Shown here piece after piece: positions 48,054 through 56,946 of a stretch of DNA of 64,000 nt. Every line of letters begins with the position of its first letter. Within the stretch, counting starts at the first letter, position 1. Location of the stretch: the NCBI GenBank assembly GCA_045603585.1, contig JAZUMK010000002.1, positions 6,522 to 70,521 on the forward strand. Reading direction: 5' to 3'. The position numbers were made by a program, and so were the translations under genes. The stretch is from Clostridia bacterium (GTDB taxonomy: Bacteria > Bacillota > Clostridia > Christensenellales > CAG-138). Under the pieces are notes generated by a model. The model searched no databases. It was not told the DNA's origin and saw nothing but the letters and a program-made list of their open reading frames with translations.

Positions 48054-48947
48054 ATGAAGAACAAAGGCGTTTACTATGCGCTGGGCGCAGGCATAAGCTG
48101 GGGCGTAAGCCTTGGTATTTTTGCCAGATATATGACCGCTTTCGGCTTTACTGCAATGCAGATATCCGCAGTGCGTACCACTATCAGCGCCATAACCTTT
48201 TTAGTGCTTGCCCTTATAACAGACCGAGGCGCTTTCAAGCTTCATCTGAAGGACAGCTGGATATTCCTCTGTTCCGGCTTTATCAGCGTAACGCTGTTTT
48301 GCTGGTGCTATTTCACCGCTACGCAGAACTGCTCTTTGGCGGTGGCGGGCATATTGCAGTACACCGCCCCAATATGGGTGGTGGTACTGTCGGCTATCGT
48401 ATTTAAAGAGCGCATCACAAAGGTTAAATTCTGGGCAATGGTGGTTGCCATTGCGGGCAGCGTGCTGGTCAGCGGAATAACCGAGGGCGTGGGCAGCGTT
48501 TCCGCATACGGCATATTCGCCGGCGTACTGTCCGGCTTTGTATATGGCCTGTACACCATATTTACCCGCTTTGCGGTGCCCAAGTACCGTGCCATGACAA
48601 TAAACGTTTATACCTTTATTGTGGCATCTGTATCTTCCCTGCTGATGGCAGGCCCTGTAAAAACAGTTTCCGCGGTATGCACTCCCGAGGTTCTGCCTGT
48701 GGCAATAATCGGCGGCATAATGTGCGCTGCAGTGCCCTATTACCTTTATAATAAGGGCATGGAAACTTTGGACAACGGAAAGGCCAGCATACTGGCTACC
48801 ATAGAGCCCGTGCTTGCGGTAATGGTATCCGTGTTCATCTTCAAGGAGCCCCTCAGTCTTGCCGCATTTATCGGCATAGTGATGATACTGGGCGCAGTAC
48901 TGTCCATCGCGCTGTACAAGGAAAAGTCCATCGCTCAGGAAAAATAA
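48054..48947 (+). CDS. EamA/DMT-superfamily transporter
   Basis: The ATG at 48054 follows AAGGGAGGAG. The roughly 297-aa product has 10 predicted TM helices in two EamA-like halves. Confidence 0.8.
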   Translation: MKNKGVYYALGAGISWGVSLGIFARYMTAFGFTAMQISAVRTTISAITFLVLALITDRGAFKLHLKDSWIFLCSGFISVTLFCWCYFTATQNCSLAVAGILQYTAPIWVVVLSAIVFKERITKVKFWAMVVAIAGSVLVSGITEGVGSVSAYGIFAGVLSGFVYGLYTIFTRFAVPKYRAMTINVYTFIVASVSSLLMAGPVKTVSAVCTPEVLPVAIIGGIMCAAVPYYLYNKGMETLDNGKASILATIEPVLAVMVSVFIFKEPLSLAAFIGIVMILGAVLSIALYKEKSIAQEK

Positions 48948-48954
48948 ATACATA

Positions 48955-48990
48955 CAAAAACAAAGTCCGAAGCAATTCGGACTTTTTTGT
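48955..48990 (+). terminator. Rho-independent terminator after the EamA gene
   Basis: The stem is GTCCGAA (48965-48971) / TTCGGAC (48976-48982) with a GCAA loop, and a T-run at 48983-48988. Confidence 0.8.
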
Positions 48991-49107
48991 GAAATGAGGG
49001 AAAAAAGAAAAAATCTTTAAAGGAATTTGCCCTTTTGCGAAGAAAAACACAAGGTAAGGGAATTTTACTCTTTGAGTATATCAAAGCCCTTTAAGGAGGC
49101 TTTTATC

Positions 49108-50130
49108 ATGATAAGCAGCAAAACATTCAGACAGCATGTGGAAGAAAGCGAGCGTACGGTTCTTTCGCCTTATGCGGCATTTTCTGCAGATACAAAGGGC
49201 AGGGAGCGGCCCCTTGAGCCCTGTCCTGTCCGTACCGAATACATCAGGGACAGGGATAAAATAATACACTGCAAATCCTTCCGCAGGCTCAAGCATAAAA
49301 CTCAGGTTTTCCTTTCTCCCATAGGGGACCATTACCGCACCCGCCTTACCCATACCCTTGAGGTGAGCCAGATTGCCCGAACCATAGCAAGGGGTTTGCG
49401 CCTCAATGAGGATCTTACCGAGGCTATTGCGCTGGGCCATGACTTGGGACATACTCCCTTTGGCCATGCAGGTGAAGCGGTGCTGGATGAGATACTCAAG
49501 GATGAAGGGGGATTTGAGCACAACGAGCAGAGCATCCGTGTGGTGGAAAAGCTGGAAAATGACGGCAGGGGCCTGAACCTTACCCTTGAGGTGCGGGACG
49601 GCATACGGCATCACAAAAAGAACGGCACTCCCATGACTCTGGAAGGGTATGTGGTAAGCTATGCAGACCGCATTGCCTACATAAATCACGACATAGACGA
49701 CGCGATACGCGCAGGCATACTTTCCACGGATGACCTTCCCGAAAGCTGCCTTGATGTGCTGGGGCGCAGCCACGGCGAAAGGATAAATACGCTTATTCTG
49801 GACCTGCTGGAGCATAGCTTTATGCAGCCCCGCATTGCCATGAGCGAGGATGTTATGGCACAATTCAACGTCCTCAGGGATTTCATGTTTGAAAACGTGT
49901 ATCTCAATGGGCGGGCAAAGGGCGAGGAAGACAAGGGCAAGCATCTTGTGGAGCAGCTGTTTGGCTACTACCTCAATCATGTGGAACTATTGCCTCCGGA
50001 ATTTCTTATGAACCTTGAAGCGGATGGCGCAAAGCGGGTTGTTGCGGATTACATCGCCTGTATGACGGACACCTATGCCATATCTCAATTTGAAAAGCTG
50101 TTTGTGCCAAGGGAATGGAGCAACCTGTAA
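49108..50130 (+). CDS. dGTP triphosphohydrolase-like HD-domain protein
   Basis: The ATG at 49108 follows AAGGAGG. Motifs include FRRLKHKTQVF, RLTHTLEVSQIAR and LGHDLGHTPFGH. It sits at the conserved position upstream of dnaG-sigA. Confidence 0.85.
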   Translation: MISSKTFRQHVEESERTVLSPYAAFSADTKGRERPLEPCPVRTEYIRDRDKIIHCKSFRRLKHKTQVFLSPIGDHYRTRLTHTLEVSQIARTIARGLRLNEDLTEAIALGHDLGHTPFGHAGEAVLDEILKDEGGFEHNEQSIRVVEKLENDGRGLNLTLEVRDGIRHHKKNGTPMTLEGYVVSYADRIAYINHDIDDAIRAGILSTDDLPESCLDVLGRSHGERINTLILDLLEHSFMQPRIAMSEDVMAQFNVLRDFMFENVYLNGRAKGEEDKGKHLVEQLFGYYLNHVELLPPEFLMNLEADGAKRVVADYIACMTDTYAISQFEKLFVPREWSNL

Positions 50131-50201
50131 AAATAAAAAAAGGAGTTTTGCGATTTTTGTCGAATAAGATAAATTGTGCGTAAAAAAGAAAGGGGGAGGC
50201 C

Positions 50202-51962
50202 ATGGCAAGATTTCCTGATTCATGGATGAGCGAGCTGCTGAGCAAAAGCGATATTGCGTCCATAGCCTCCGAATATACCCTTCTTAAGCCCAAGGGAAAG
50301 CGGCTTTGGGGCTGCTGCCCCTTTCACAGCGAAAAAACTCCGTCCTTTTCCGTATCCACGGATACTCAGCTGTATTATTGCTTTGGCTGCCATGCAGGCG
50401 GCAGCGTGGTGCAGTTCGTTATGGAAATGGAAAAGCTCAGCTATATCGGTGCCATAAAATATCTTGCTCAAAGGGTGGGTATGGAACTGCCCGATGAGGT
50501 GGATGACGATAAGCTCCGCAAGGAGCGGGCGGTAAAGGAGCGGCTGTATGCCGCCTGCAAAACCGCCGCGATATTTTACCACGAAAAGCTCATGTCTCCC
50601 GAGGGCAAAACCGCCCAGCAATACCTTGCAAAGCGTGGAATAGACGGCGCCATTGCCACAAAATTCGGCCTTGGCTATGCGCCTCCCGGATGGGACAACC
50701 TGCTCAAATACATGAAAGCTCAGGGCTTCACTGAAAAAGAGCTTGTTTCCGCCGGCCTTGCAGTGCAGAGCGGCAAGGGGGACAGATGCTATGACGCCTA
50801 TCGTGACAGAGTTATTTTCCCAATAATCAACACCTACAAGCGGGTACTGGGCTTCGGCGCCCGTACCATGGGAGATGACACCCCCAAATACCTTAATACC
50901 GGCGACACCCCGATATTCAACAAGCGCAACAACCTATATGCCATAAATCTGCAAAAGGGCGAGCATAATGCAGACCTTATAATGGTAGAGGGCTATATGG
51001 ATGTTATCAGCCTGTACAAGGCGGGAGTAAAGAACGCGGTTGCCAGCCTTGGCACCGCCCTTACTCAGCAGCAGGCAAGGCTTATAAAGCGCTTTGTGCC
51101 GCGGGTATACATCAGCTACGACGGCGATTCCGCAGGGCAGAATGCCACCCTTCGCGGCCTTGATATCCTTGCAAAAGAGGGTCTTGAGGTGAGGGTTATA
51201 GTGATTCCAAACGGCATGGATCCCGATGATTACGCCAGAAAGTTCGGCGGGGAAGAATACCTTTCCCTTAAGGACAAGGCCATCACGCTCAATGCCTTCA
51301 AGCTGGACAGCCTTATGTATGGGCTGGATCTTAACACGGCGGACGGCCGGGAGGAATACGCCAAAAAGGCATGCGCCCTTCTTTCTGAGCTGCAGCCTGT
51401 TGAGCAGGAGCGATACATTCCTGCCGTAGCCCGCAGGACAGGCCTTTCTGCGGATACCATAAAGCGCCAATGCGGTCTTACCCCCGGTGTGGAAGGGAAT
51501 ATCATTGGCAATAATCGGAATACTAAGCAGAAATCAAGGGAAATATCTCAGGGACCCAATAAAGCCGAGATATCCCTGCTCAGCTGCATGATAAACTCGC
51601 CGGATGCGTTGCTGTATGCCATGAACAAAATGGCGGAATACGGCATTGGGTTTTCCTCAGAGGGGCTGGATGAGTTCGCGGCGGAGCTGCTGGCATTTAA
51701 CGCCGCAGGAGAAAAGCCCAACATTCCCGTAATGCTTTCCGCATTGCCGTCAGAGGCGGCGGAAGCTGTAAGCGCGGCGCTGGGGATGGATGAGCAGCTG
51801 ATAGACCCTGAGGCCACAGCAGAGGACTGCATAAGGATCATCGCAAGAACTCAGCTGGATCAGCAAATCACCGAGTTGGCCGCACAAATGGAACAGAATG
51901 GCGACAGCCGGGTAAGAAACGAATATATGAGGCTTGTAAAAATGCGGGCTTCATTAAAATAA
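50202..51962 (+). CDS. dnaG: DNA primase
   Basis: The 586-aa product has a Zn ribbon (CCPFHSEKTPSFSVS..YYCFGCHAGG) and a TOPRIM domain (VEGYMDVIS, DGDSAGQ). Confidence 0.96.
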   Translation: MARFPDSWMSELLSKSDIASIASEYTLLKPKGKRLWGCCPFHSEKTPSFSVSTDTQLYYCFGCHAGGSVVQFVMEMEKLSYIGAIKYLAQRVGMELPDEVDDDKLRKERAVKERLYAACKTAAIFYHEKLMSPEGKTAQQYLAKRGIDGAIATKFGLGYAPPGWDNLLKYMKAQGFTEKELVSAGLAVQSGKGDRCYDAYRDRVIFPIINTYKRVLGFGARTMGDDTPKYLNTGDTPIFNKRNNLYAINLQKGEHNADLIMVEGYMDVISLYKAGVKNAVASLGTALTQQQARLIKRFVPRVYISYDGDSAGQNATLRGLDILAKEGLEVRVIVIPNGMDPDDYARKFGGEEYLSLKDKAITLNAFKLDSLMYGLDLNTADGREEYAKKACALLSELQPVEQERYIPAVARRTGLSADTIKRQCGLTPGVEGNIIGNNRNTKQKSREISQGPNKAEISLLSCMINSPDALLYAMNKMAEYGIGFSSEGLDEFAAELLAFNAAGEKPNIPVMLSALPSEAAEAVSAALGMDEQLIDPEATAEDCIRIIARTQLDQQITELAAQMEQNGDSRVRNEYMRLVKMRASLK

Positions 51963-52002
51963 ACGTAACACAACTTAAATAAATCAAAAGGAGAAACTGG
52001 TT

Positions 52003-53085
52003 TTGGAGAACAAGGACCCTAAGAAGAGCCAGAATAAGATCGAGGAGCTTATAGAGCTGGGCAAAAGCAAAGGCGTGCTCACCTATAAGGAAGTAATGGA
52101 CACTCTGGAAGAGCTGGAGCTGGATTCCGAGCAGATCGAAAAGATCTACGACCGCTTTGAGGCATTCAATATCGACGTTGTGGAAGAGACGGATGCGGCG
52201 GATGTGGCTGAGGATATCGCCGAGCTGGAAAGCGACCTTGGCGGTGCAGACGGCGTTGCCATCGATGACCCTGTCCGTATGTACCTTAAGGAAATCGGCA
52301 AGGTCCCCCTGCTCAGCGCCGCCGAGGAAATCGAAATTGCCAAGCGCATGGCAGAGGGAGATCAGGAGGCAAAGCGTCAGCTGGCAGAAGCAAACCTTCG
52401 TCTGGTGGTTTCCGTTGCAAAGCGCTATGTTGGCCGCGGCATGCTGTTCCTGGATCTGATCCAGGAGGGCAATCTGGGCCTTATCAAGGCGGTGGAAAAG
52501 TTTGACTATCAGAAGGGCTACAAGTTCTCCACCTATGCTACCTGGTGGATCCGTCAGGCTATAACCCGCGCCATTGCGGATCAGGCCCGTACCATCCGCA
52601 TCCCTGTTCACATGGTGGAAACCATCAATAAGCTTATCCGCGTAAACCGTCAGCTCCTGCAGGAGTATGGCCGTGAGCCCCGCCCCGATGAGATCGCCCG
52701 CGAAATGGGCATCAGCGAGGACAAGGTGCGCGAGATAATCAAGGTTGCACAGGAGCCCGTATCCCTTGAAACTCCCATCGGCGGGGAAGAGGACAGCCAC
52801 CTTGGCGATTTTATTCCCGATGACGATGCTCCCGCCCCTGCTGAGGTTGCCGCTTTTACTCTGCTTAAAGAGCAGCTGATGGAGGTGCTGGATACTCTCA
52901 CCCCCCGCGAGGAAAAGGTACTGCGCCTGCGCTTTGGTCTGGATGACGGCAAGGCCCGCACCCTTGAAGAAGTTGGCCGCGAGTTCAATGTTACCCGCGA
53001 GCGTATCCGCCAGATAGAGGCAAAGGCTCTGCGCAAGCTCCGCCATCCTTCCCGCAGCAAGAAGCTGAAGGATTTCCTTGAGTGA
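52003..53085 (+). CDS. sigA: Primary RNA polymerase sigma factor (sigma-70/SigA)
   Basis: A TTG start follows AAGGAGA. Motifs include the region 2 sequence [36 protein letters not shown], region 3 and the region 4 sequence [20 protein letters not shown]. Confidence 0.96.
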   Translation: MENKDPKKSQNKIEELIELGKSKGVLTYKEVMDTLEELELDSEQIEKIYDRFEAFNIDVVEETDAADVAEDIAELESDLGGADGVAIDDPVRMYLKEIGKVPLLSAAEEIEIAKRMAEGDQEAKRQLAEANLRLVVSVAKRYVGRGMLFLDLIQEGNLGLIKAVEKFDYQKGYKFSTYATWWIRQAITRAIADQARTIRIPVHMVETINKLIRVNRQLLQEYGREPRPDEIAREMGISEDKVREIIKVAQEPVSLETPIGGEEDSHLGDFIPDDDAPAPAEVAAFTLLKEQLMEVLDTLTPREEKVLRLRFGLDDGKARTLEEVGREFNVTRERIRQIEAKALRKLRHPSRSKKLKDFLE

Positions 53086-53137
53086 TCCCTGATTTATAAA
53101 AATACCCCCGAACGTTATTTTAATTTAGGAGGAAACA

Positions 53138-54139
53138 ATGAAAAAGAATATTTTGACCGTTATGCTTCTTATCGTTGCCCTGCTGACAGTTGGCTGCTCT
53201 GCCAGTGAGCCTGCCGCAGAACCCGCTCCCGAAGCAGTTGTGGAAGAAGCCGCAGAAGAAGTTGTGGAAGAGGCTGCTCCCGAATATACCCTCCCCGAAA
53301 ACAGCATGGGCCTGACCAACGCCACCGTTGCTGATATCAAGGGCCTTGTTGACAGTGCCGAAGCCTTCTATCTTTATGTTGATGGCGGCGATGCCGTTCC
53401 CTATGATTATGCCGCTCTTGAGGAGGGCGTAGCCACTCTGCTGAAGGATTATGAGTTCCCCGAGGAATTCTACTACGTTGACGCAAGCATTCTCCCCGAG
53501 GAGGAATTCGCAGTGCTGAAGGATGCTTTGGCAGTGGAGGAAGCTCAGGTGGCAGAGGGTGTAAGCACCTTTGCAGGCCTTTATGCCTTTGAAAACGGCA
53601 CCGTAAAGAACAGCCGCTATGACTTTGTTCCCAGCGAGGAAAACACCAACATCTCCGGCAAGGTCGTAAACTTTGTGTTCGAAAGCGATCTGTTTACCAA
53701 CGATCATGGCTGGGAACTGGTAACCTATGAGCAGTTGCTTGAAAAGCGCGCTTCCGGCGAGAAGTTCATGGTCTATGTTGGCCGTGATACCTGCCCCTAC
53801 TGCATGCCCTTTGCAAAGTGCCTTGTATCTGCATTTGAAACCAGCCCCGCAAACGTTCCCGTTTACTATTTCTATACCCAGTCCTTCAAGACCGCCATCA
53901 ACAACGCCGTTGAGGGCGCACAGGAAGAATGGGATGCCGTTAAGGCAGAGATCGGCTTTGAGTTCACTCCCTCCCTGCTGGTATTTGACGGCGGCGAGCA
54001 GGTGCTTGCATGCGATATCAGCCTGGGTTCCGAGTACTTTGATATGAGCGACAGCGAAAAGGAAGCCAAGCGCAATGATATCGCTTCCGAACTGGAACTG
54101 TGGCTCCTTGAGTACGGTCTCACCGGCGAAATAGCATAA
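53138..54139 (+). CDS. Lipoprotein with tandem thioredoxin-like domains (only the second retains CxxC)
   Basis: An AGGAGG RBS is present and the signal peptide has a lipobox (LLTVGC). The C-terminal domain has FMVYVGRDTCPYCMPF and the N-terminal domain has the parallel FYLYVDGGDAVPYDYA. Confidence 0.65.
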   Translation: MKKNILTVMLLIVALLTVGCSASEPAAEPAPEAVVEEAAEEVVEEAAPEYTLPENSMGLTNATVADIKGLVDSAEAFYLYVDGGDAVPYDYAALEEGVATLLKDYEFPEEFYYVDASILPEEEFAVLKDALAVEEAQVAEGVSTFAGLYAFENGTVKNSRYDFVPSEENTNISGKVVNFVFESDLFTNDHGWELVTYEQLLEKRASGEKFMVYVGRDTCPYCMPFAKCLVSAFETSPANVPVYYFYTQSFKTAINNAVEGAQEEWDAVKAEIGFEFTPSLLVFDGGEQVLACDISLGSEYFDMSDSEKEAKRNDIASELELWLLEYGLTGEIA

Positions 54140-54162
54140 GTAAAAAAACTTTATACAAATAA

Positions 54163-54192
54163 TAAAAGCCGCAGCATTGCGGCTTTTATTAT
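54163..54192. terminator. Bidirectional terminator
   Basis: The hairpin is AAAAGCCGC-AGCATT-GCGGCTTTT, followed by ATTATT. It lies between convergent stops. Confidence 0.75.
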
Positions 54193-54196
54193 TGCC

Positions 54197-54475
54197 TTAT
54201 TGCAGCTGGTTCAGCACAGACTGGAGCCGCTGCTGCTGCTGTGGCGTGAGCATGGGGGCTATACGCCCGGCCACAGAAGCAAGGGCAGCAGGGTCTATAA
54301 GGCCGCTCTGCTTTGCGGCGGCAAGCTCCCGCATCAGCTCATCTTCGGATTTGCCGGCGTATTTATCCACCACGTTTTGAACATTGCCAAGCATATTGGG
54401 ATCCATTTGCCGGGCGGCTTTTTTTACTTCGTTTATATCCGGCATGGGTTTATCGGTGCGCAGTGTTCGCTTCAT
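54197..54475 (-). CDS. Small hypothetical protein (92 aa), helical, Gln-rich C-terminus
   Basis: A GAGGTGA RBS precedes the ATG at 54475. No family was recognised. Confidence 0.5.
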   Translation of the reverse strand: MKRTLRTDKPMPDINEVKKAARQMDPNMLGNVQNVVDKYAGKSEDELMRELAAAKQSGLIDPAALASVAGRIAPMLTPQQQQRLQSVLNQLQ

Positions 54476-54589
54476 ATCATCACCTCAGGGTAATAATATG
54501 CGCCGGATAAGTTAAAGGTTCATTATCGGGCCAATTTGCATACAATGAAGTATGGAAAACTCTATTTGGCGGAAGGGAGGACTGTCAGC

Positions 54590-54994
54590 ATGCAAAGAAC
54601 CGCCCCAACATCAATACCGCAGCGGCGTCAGGAAAGCGGCTCTCCTGCATTGGTTATGGCAAGCAGGATCAGGGCAGAACAGGGGGCTGAAAAGGCGGCG
54701 CAGTATTTGAATGCAATGGAGCCTTTCCTTGCGCCGGGGGAGCGTACGCATATTGCATATACCCTTGGGCTGCCCATTCCGCAGCAGGTGCAGCACAGCT
54801 ATGCTCCGCCGCAGCAGATGCCCAATAATGGCCCTATGGGGCTTCCGGGCGGCCTGGGAGGGCTTGGCAATATTGGCAATATAATGCAGATAATGCAGCT
54901 GATAAACGGCCTGCAGGGGATGCAGGGAGGTCAGGGAGGACCTAATCAGCTGATGCAGATGCTGGGCAGCCTTATGGGCGGCGGAACAAAATAA
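54590..54994 (+). CDS. Hypothetical protein (134 aa) with a Gly/Gln/Met/Leu low-complexity C-terminus
   Basis: The ATG at 54590 follows GAAGGGAGG. The C-terminus is GLPGGLGGLGNIGNIMQIMQLINGLQGMQGGQGGPNQLMQMLGSLMGGGTK. A terminator hairpin, ATACGGATGC/GCATCCGTAT, lies at 54994-55019. Confidence 0.5.
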   Translation: MQRTAPTSIPQRRQESGSPALVMASRIRAEQGAEKAAQYLNAMEPFLAPGERTHIAYTLGLPIPQQVQHSYAPPQQMPNNGPMGLPGGLGGLGNIGNIMQIMQLINGLQGMQGGQGGPNQLMQMLGSLMGGGTK

Positions 54995-55026
54995 TACGGA
55001 TGCATTGCGGCATCCGTATTGGTTAT

Positions 55027-55310
55027 CCTAGGGTAACCAATATAATCCGAACCGCGGTCTTAACGGCCATATGACACGACATAGCTGCGTCATCCTCGGT
55101 CAGAAGACAACCAGTATTCTTCCCTCGATCTTCCTTGCTCTGCCATGCCCTATGGCCGCTAAAACTCCACAGGACCAAAAGCGGTGAAATTGGATGAGAT
55201 TCAAGGCGACGGAGTGCAGGGATAGTGGTGCTATTTCAAACGACGGCAACGCAGAAGCTCGCCAATTTCACCGCTTTTGGCGGGTTTGGATTACATTGGT
55301 TACCCTACGG
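55027..55310. other. Nested inverted-repeat element, a candidate MITE or structured ncRNA (see findings)
   Basis: The outer 25-nt arms (55029-55053 / 55283-55307) form 23 Watson-Crick pairs plus one G:T. The inner arms (55175-55193 / 55262-55280) are a perfect 19 bp. An internal hairpin domain spans 55064-55158. There is no convincing ORF inside. Confidence 0.5.
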
Positions 55311-56459
55311 TATCATTCCAAGCAGCAGCGCTGTGCCTATGCCAAGATAATTACCTATAGCATAGCCAAGTATACCGCAGATAAGGCCGGGCAGAACCAC
55401 TTCCCGGTTGTTCAGGGCATTGGCAGTGGGAACAATAAAGGCGGGGCCATATATACCGGCCGTAGAGGTTATGATGGCGGTATCCGCATCAATGCGTGCA
55501 ATTCGCGCAAGCAGCAGATGCAGTATTACAGAGCCGAACTGGGCCGCCGCAAACATGCACAGGAACAGCAGGGAGTTAAGATTTATTGCGCTGAAGTCAA
55601 AAGAAAGGCCTATGCCTACGGAGAACATGTATATGAGATACTGGCCTGCGGAGTAGGAGCCGGGAGCCTGACGTACTTTCTTTATGAAGGACAGGCCTAT
55701 ACCGAGGGTAGTTACCACCAGCATTATTATCATAACATCCAGCTCACCTGTAAGGAGAAGGGCAAGCCCTGCGGCTGTGCCGAGGCACAGCACACCGAGA
55801 AGAACTATGGGAGCGCGCTTAAGTATTAGTTTGAAGGAGAAGATATCCTTTTCAGGTACAAAGTTTGCCCCGAGATCCTGCTCAAGCTGAGTGGGAGCGT
55901 CGCTGGAAGGGCCGCCGCTGAAAGCAGGGAGAAGCCTGCGGCACAGCTTTGGCATTATGGATATCAGCAGCAGGAAATATATGCCGCCCACCACAACGTC
56001 TGCGGTATTTGCAAGAACTATGTGGTTGGGGTCGACCTTAAGCGCCGCGCCGATGGCCATAAGGTTGGGAGTGCCGCCGGTATAAAGGCCTATCATCATG
56101 CCGGCGTACTTTTCCGCATTGGGGATGGTATTTCTGAACAGCAGAAAAACACAGGCGGATACTGCCGTTACTGCCAGCATCATCAGCAGGAAGGAGGTGA
56201 TGGTTGGCCTTGCCAGCCGCTTTACGCTGCGAAGGTCAGCGGAAAAAAGTATGAGCGGGATGGCAATAGGCACCAGTATTTCGGATATATCCATGGCAAT
56301 GGAGGTATCCGGCAGCAGCAGGCTGAAGATAAAGCCTGCTGCGTAGCACAGGAACACAGGACCAAGGGTATTGAGCAAGGATACCTTTTTCGAAAGCAGC
56401 ACCAGCACACGGGGCAGCAGCGTAATCAGCAGGATAATAAAGACATTGTTCATCAGCAT
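55305..56459 (-). CDS. DUF819-family polytopic membrane protein (YjcL-like)
   Basis: The 384-aa product has a GGAGG RBS and about 10-12 TM helices. The GLYTGGTPNLMAIG motif matches DUF819 proteins as I recall them. Confidence 0.65.
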   Translation of the reverse strand: MLMNNVFIILLITLLPRVLVLLSKKVSLLNTLGPVFLCYAAGFIFSLLLPDTSIAMDISEILVPIAIPLILFSADLRSVKRLARPTITSFLLMMLAVTAVSACVFLLFRNTIPNAEKYAGMMIGLYTGGTPNLMAIGAALKVDPNHIVLANTADVVVGGIYFLLLISIMPKLCRRLLPAFSGGPSSDAPTQLEQDLGANFVPEKDIFSFKLILKRAPIVLLGVLCLGTAAGLALLLTGELDVMIIMLVVTTLGIGLSFIKKVRQAPGSYSAGQYLIYMFSVGIGLSFDFSAINLNSLLFLCMFAAAQFGSVILHLLLARIARIDADTAIITSTAGIYGPAFIVPTANALNNREVVLPGLICGILGYAIGNYLGIGTALLLGMIP

Positions 56460-56575
56460 ATGTACCTCCGCAAAGGATGTGAATATAAAAGCTTCACCTT
56501 ATATATAATACAATTTTTTGAAGTAAAAATAAAGAGAGAGAATTAATGTGCAGCTTACGCTGCGCATTTTTGCAT

Positions 56576-56816
56576 TTAGTCCAGATATTCGCCTATAGGG
56601 CTTTGATTGTACTGTTTGATTATTTTGACAATGATTGAATTATCCGGTTGGACGGATTCCTCCAGTATTTTGTACCGGGTGCGGGTCTTATTCAATGTCT
56701 TTTTGTAGTTTTCCAGCTCGGCGCGAATTTGTTCTGCGGAGGAGGGGGGTTACGTTTTCGTCTTTTGATAAAAAATGGAGCGTCTGGCAGATACAGGCGG
56801 ATTTTACTCGCTTCAT
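56576..56816 (-). pseudogene. Small ORF interrupted at a C6 homopolymer (frameshifted, phase-variable or assembly error)
   Basis: GGAGG (56826-56830) lies 9 nt before the ATG at 56816. That frame ends at 56688. The +1 frame is open from the C6 run (56744-56749) to TAA at 56576-56578 and is the more protein-like of the two. Confidence 0.3.
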
Positions 56817-56946
56817 TACATTTCACCTCCTTCTGTCGGTCTCAGCAGGCGGGTGCAGGACGACTAAAATAAAGGCTGCAATGGGCAAGGCTCATTTGCA
56901 GCACTTAATTTTAGCATTTTTTAATTAAAAAAATCAAAGAGAAAAA

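Noticed and set aside
46622-48064. A 480-aa version of the gpr ORF that extends upstream through the rpsT locus
   Set aside because: The canonical GPR N-terminus (MSNSIYTDLAMESRE) starts at 47545. The extension is antisense to rpsT and its promoter.
55027-55310. The inverted-repeat element as SRP RNA, 6S RNA or tmRNA
   Set aside because: I looked on both strands for the SRP domain IV core (GGAAGGAAGCAGC-like, GNRA-capped), for tmRNA ends or a tag ORF, and for a 6S-like single long helix with a central bubble. None of these fits, so the identity is left open rather than named.
55194-55829. A 211-aa + strand ORF that starts inside the inverted-repeat element and runs antisense through the DUF819 gene
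   Set aside because: It has no RBS and a Cys/Arg/Gly-rich nonsense-like sequence. It is antisense to a convincing polytopic membrane protein.
56635-56928. + strand ORFs of 97 and 74 aa in the AT-rich spacer
   Set aside because: They have no RBS and an implausible composition. They overlap the minus-strand small ORF, which does have an RBS, and the xdhC terminator hairpin.
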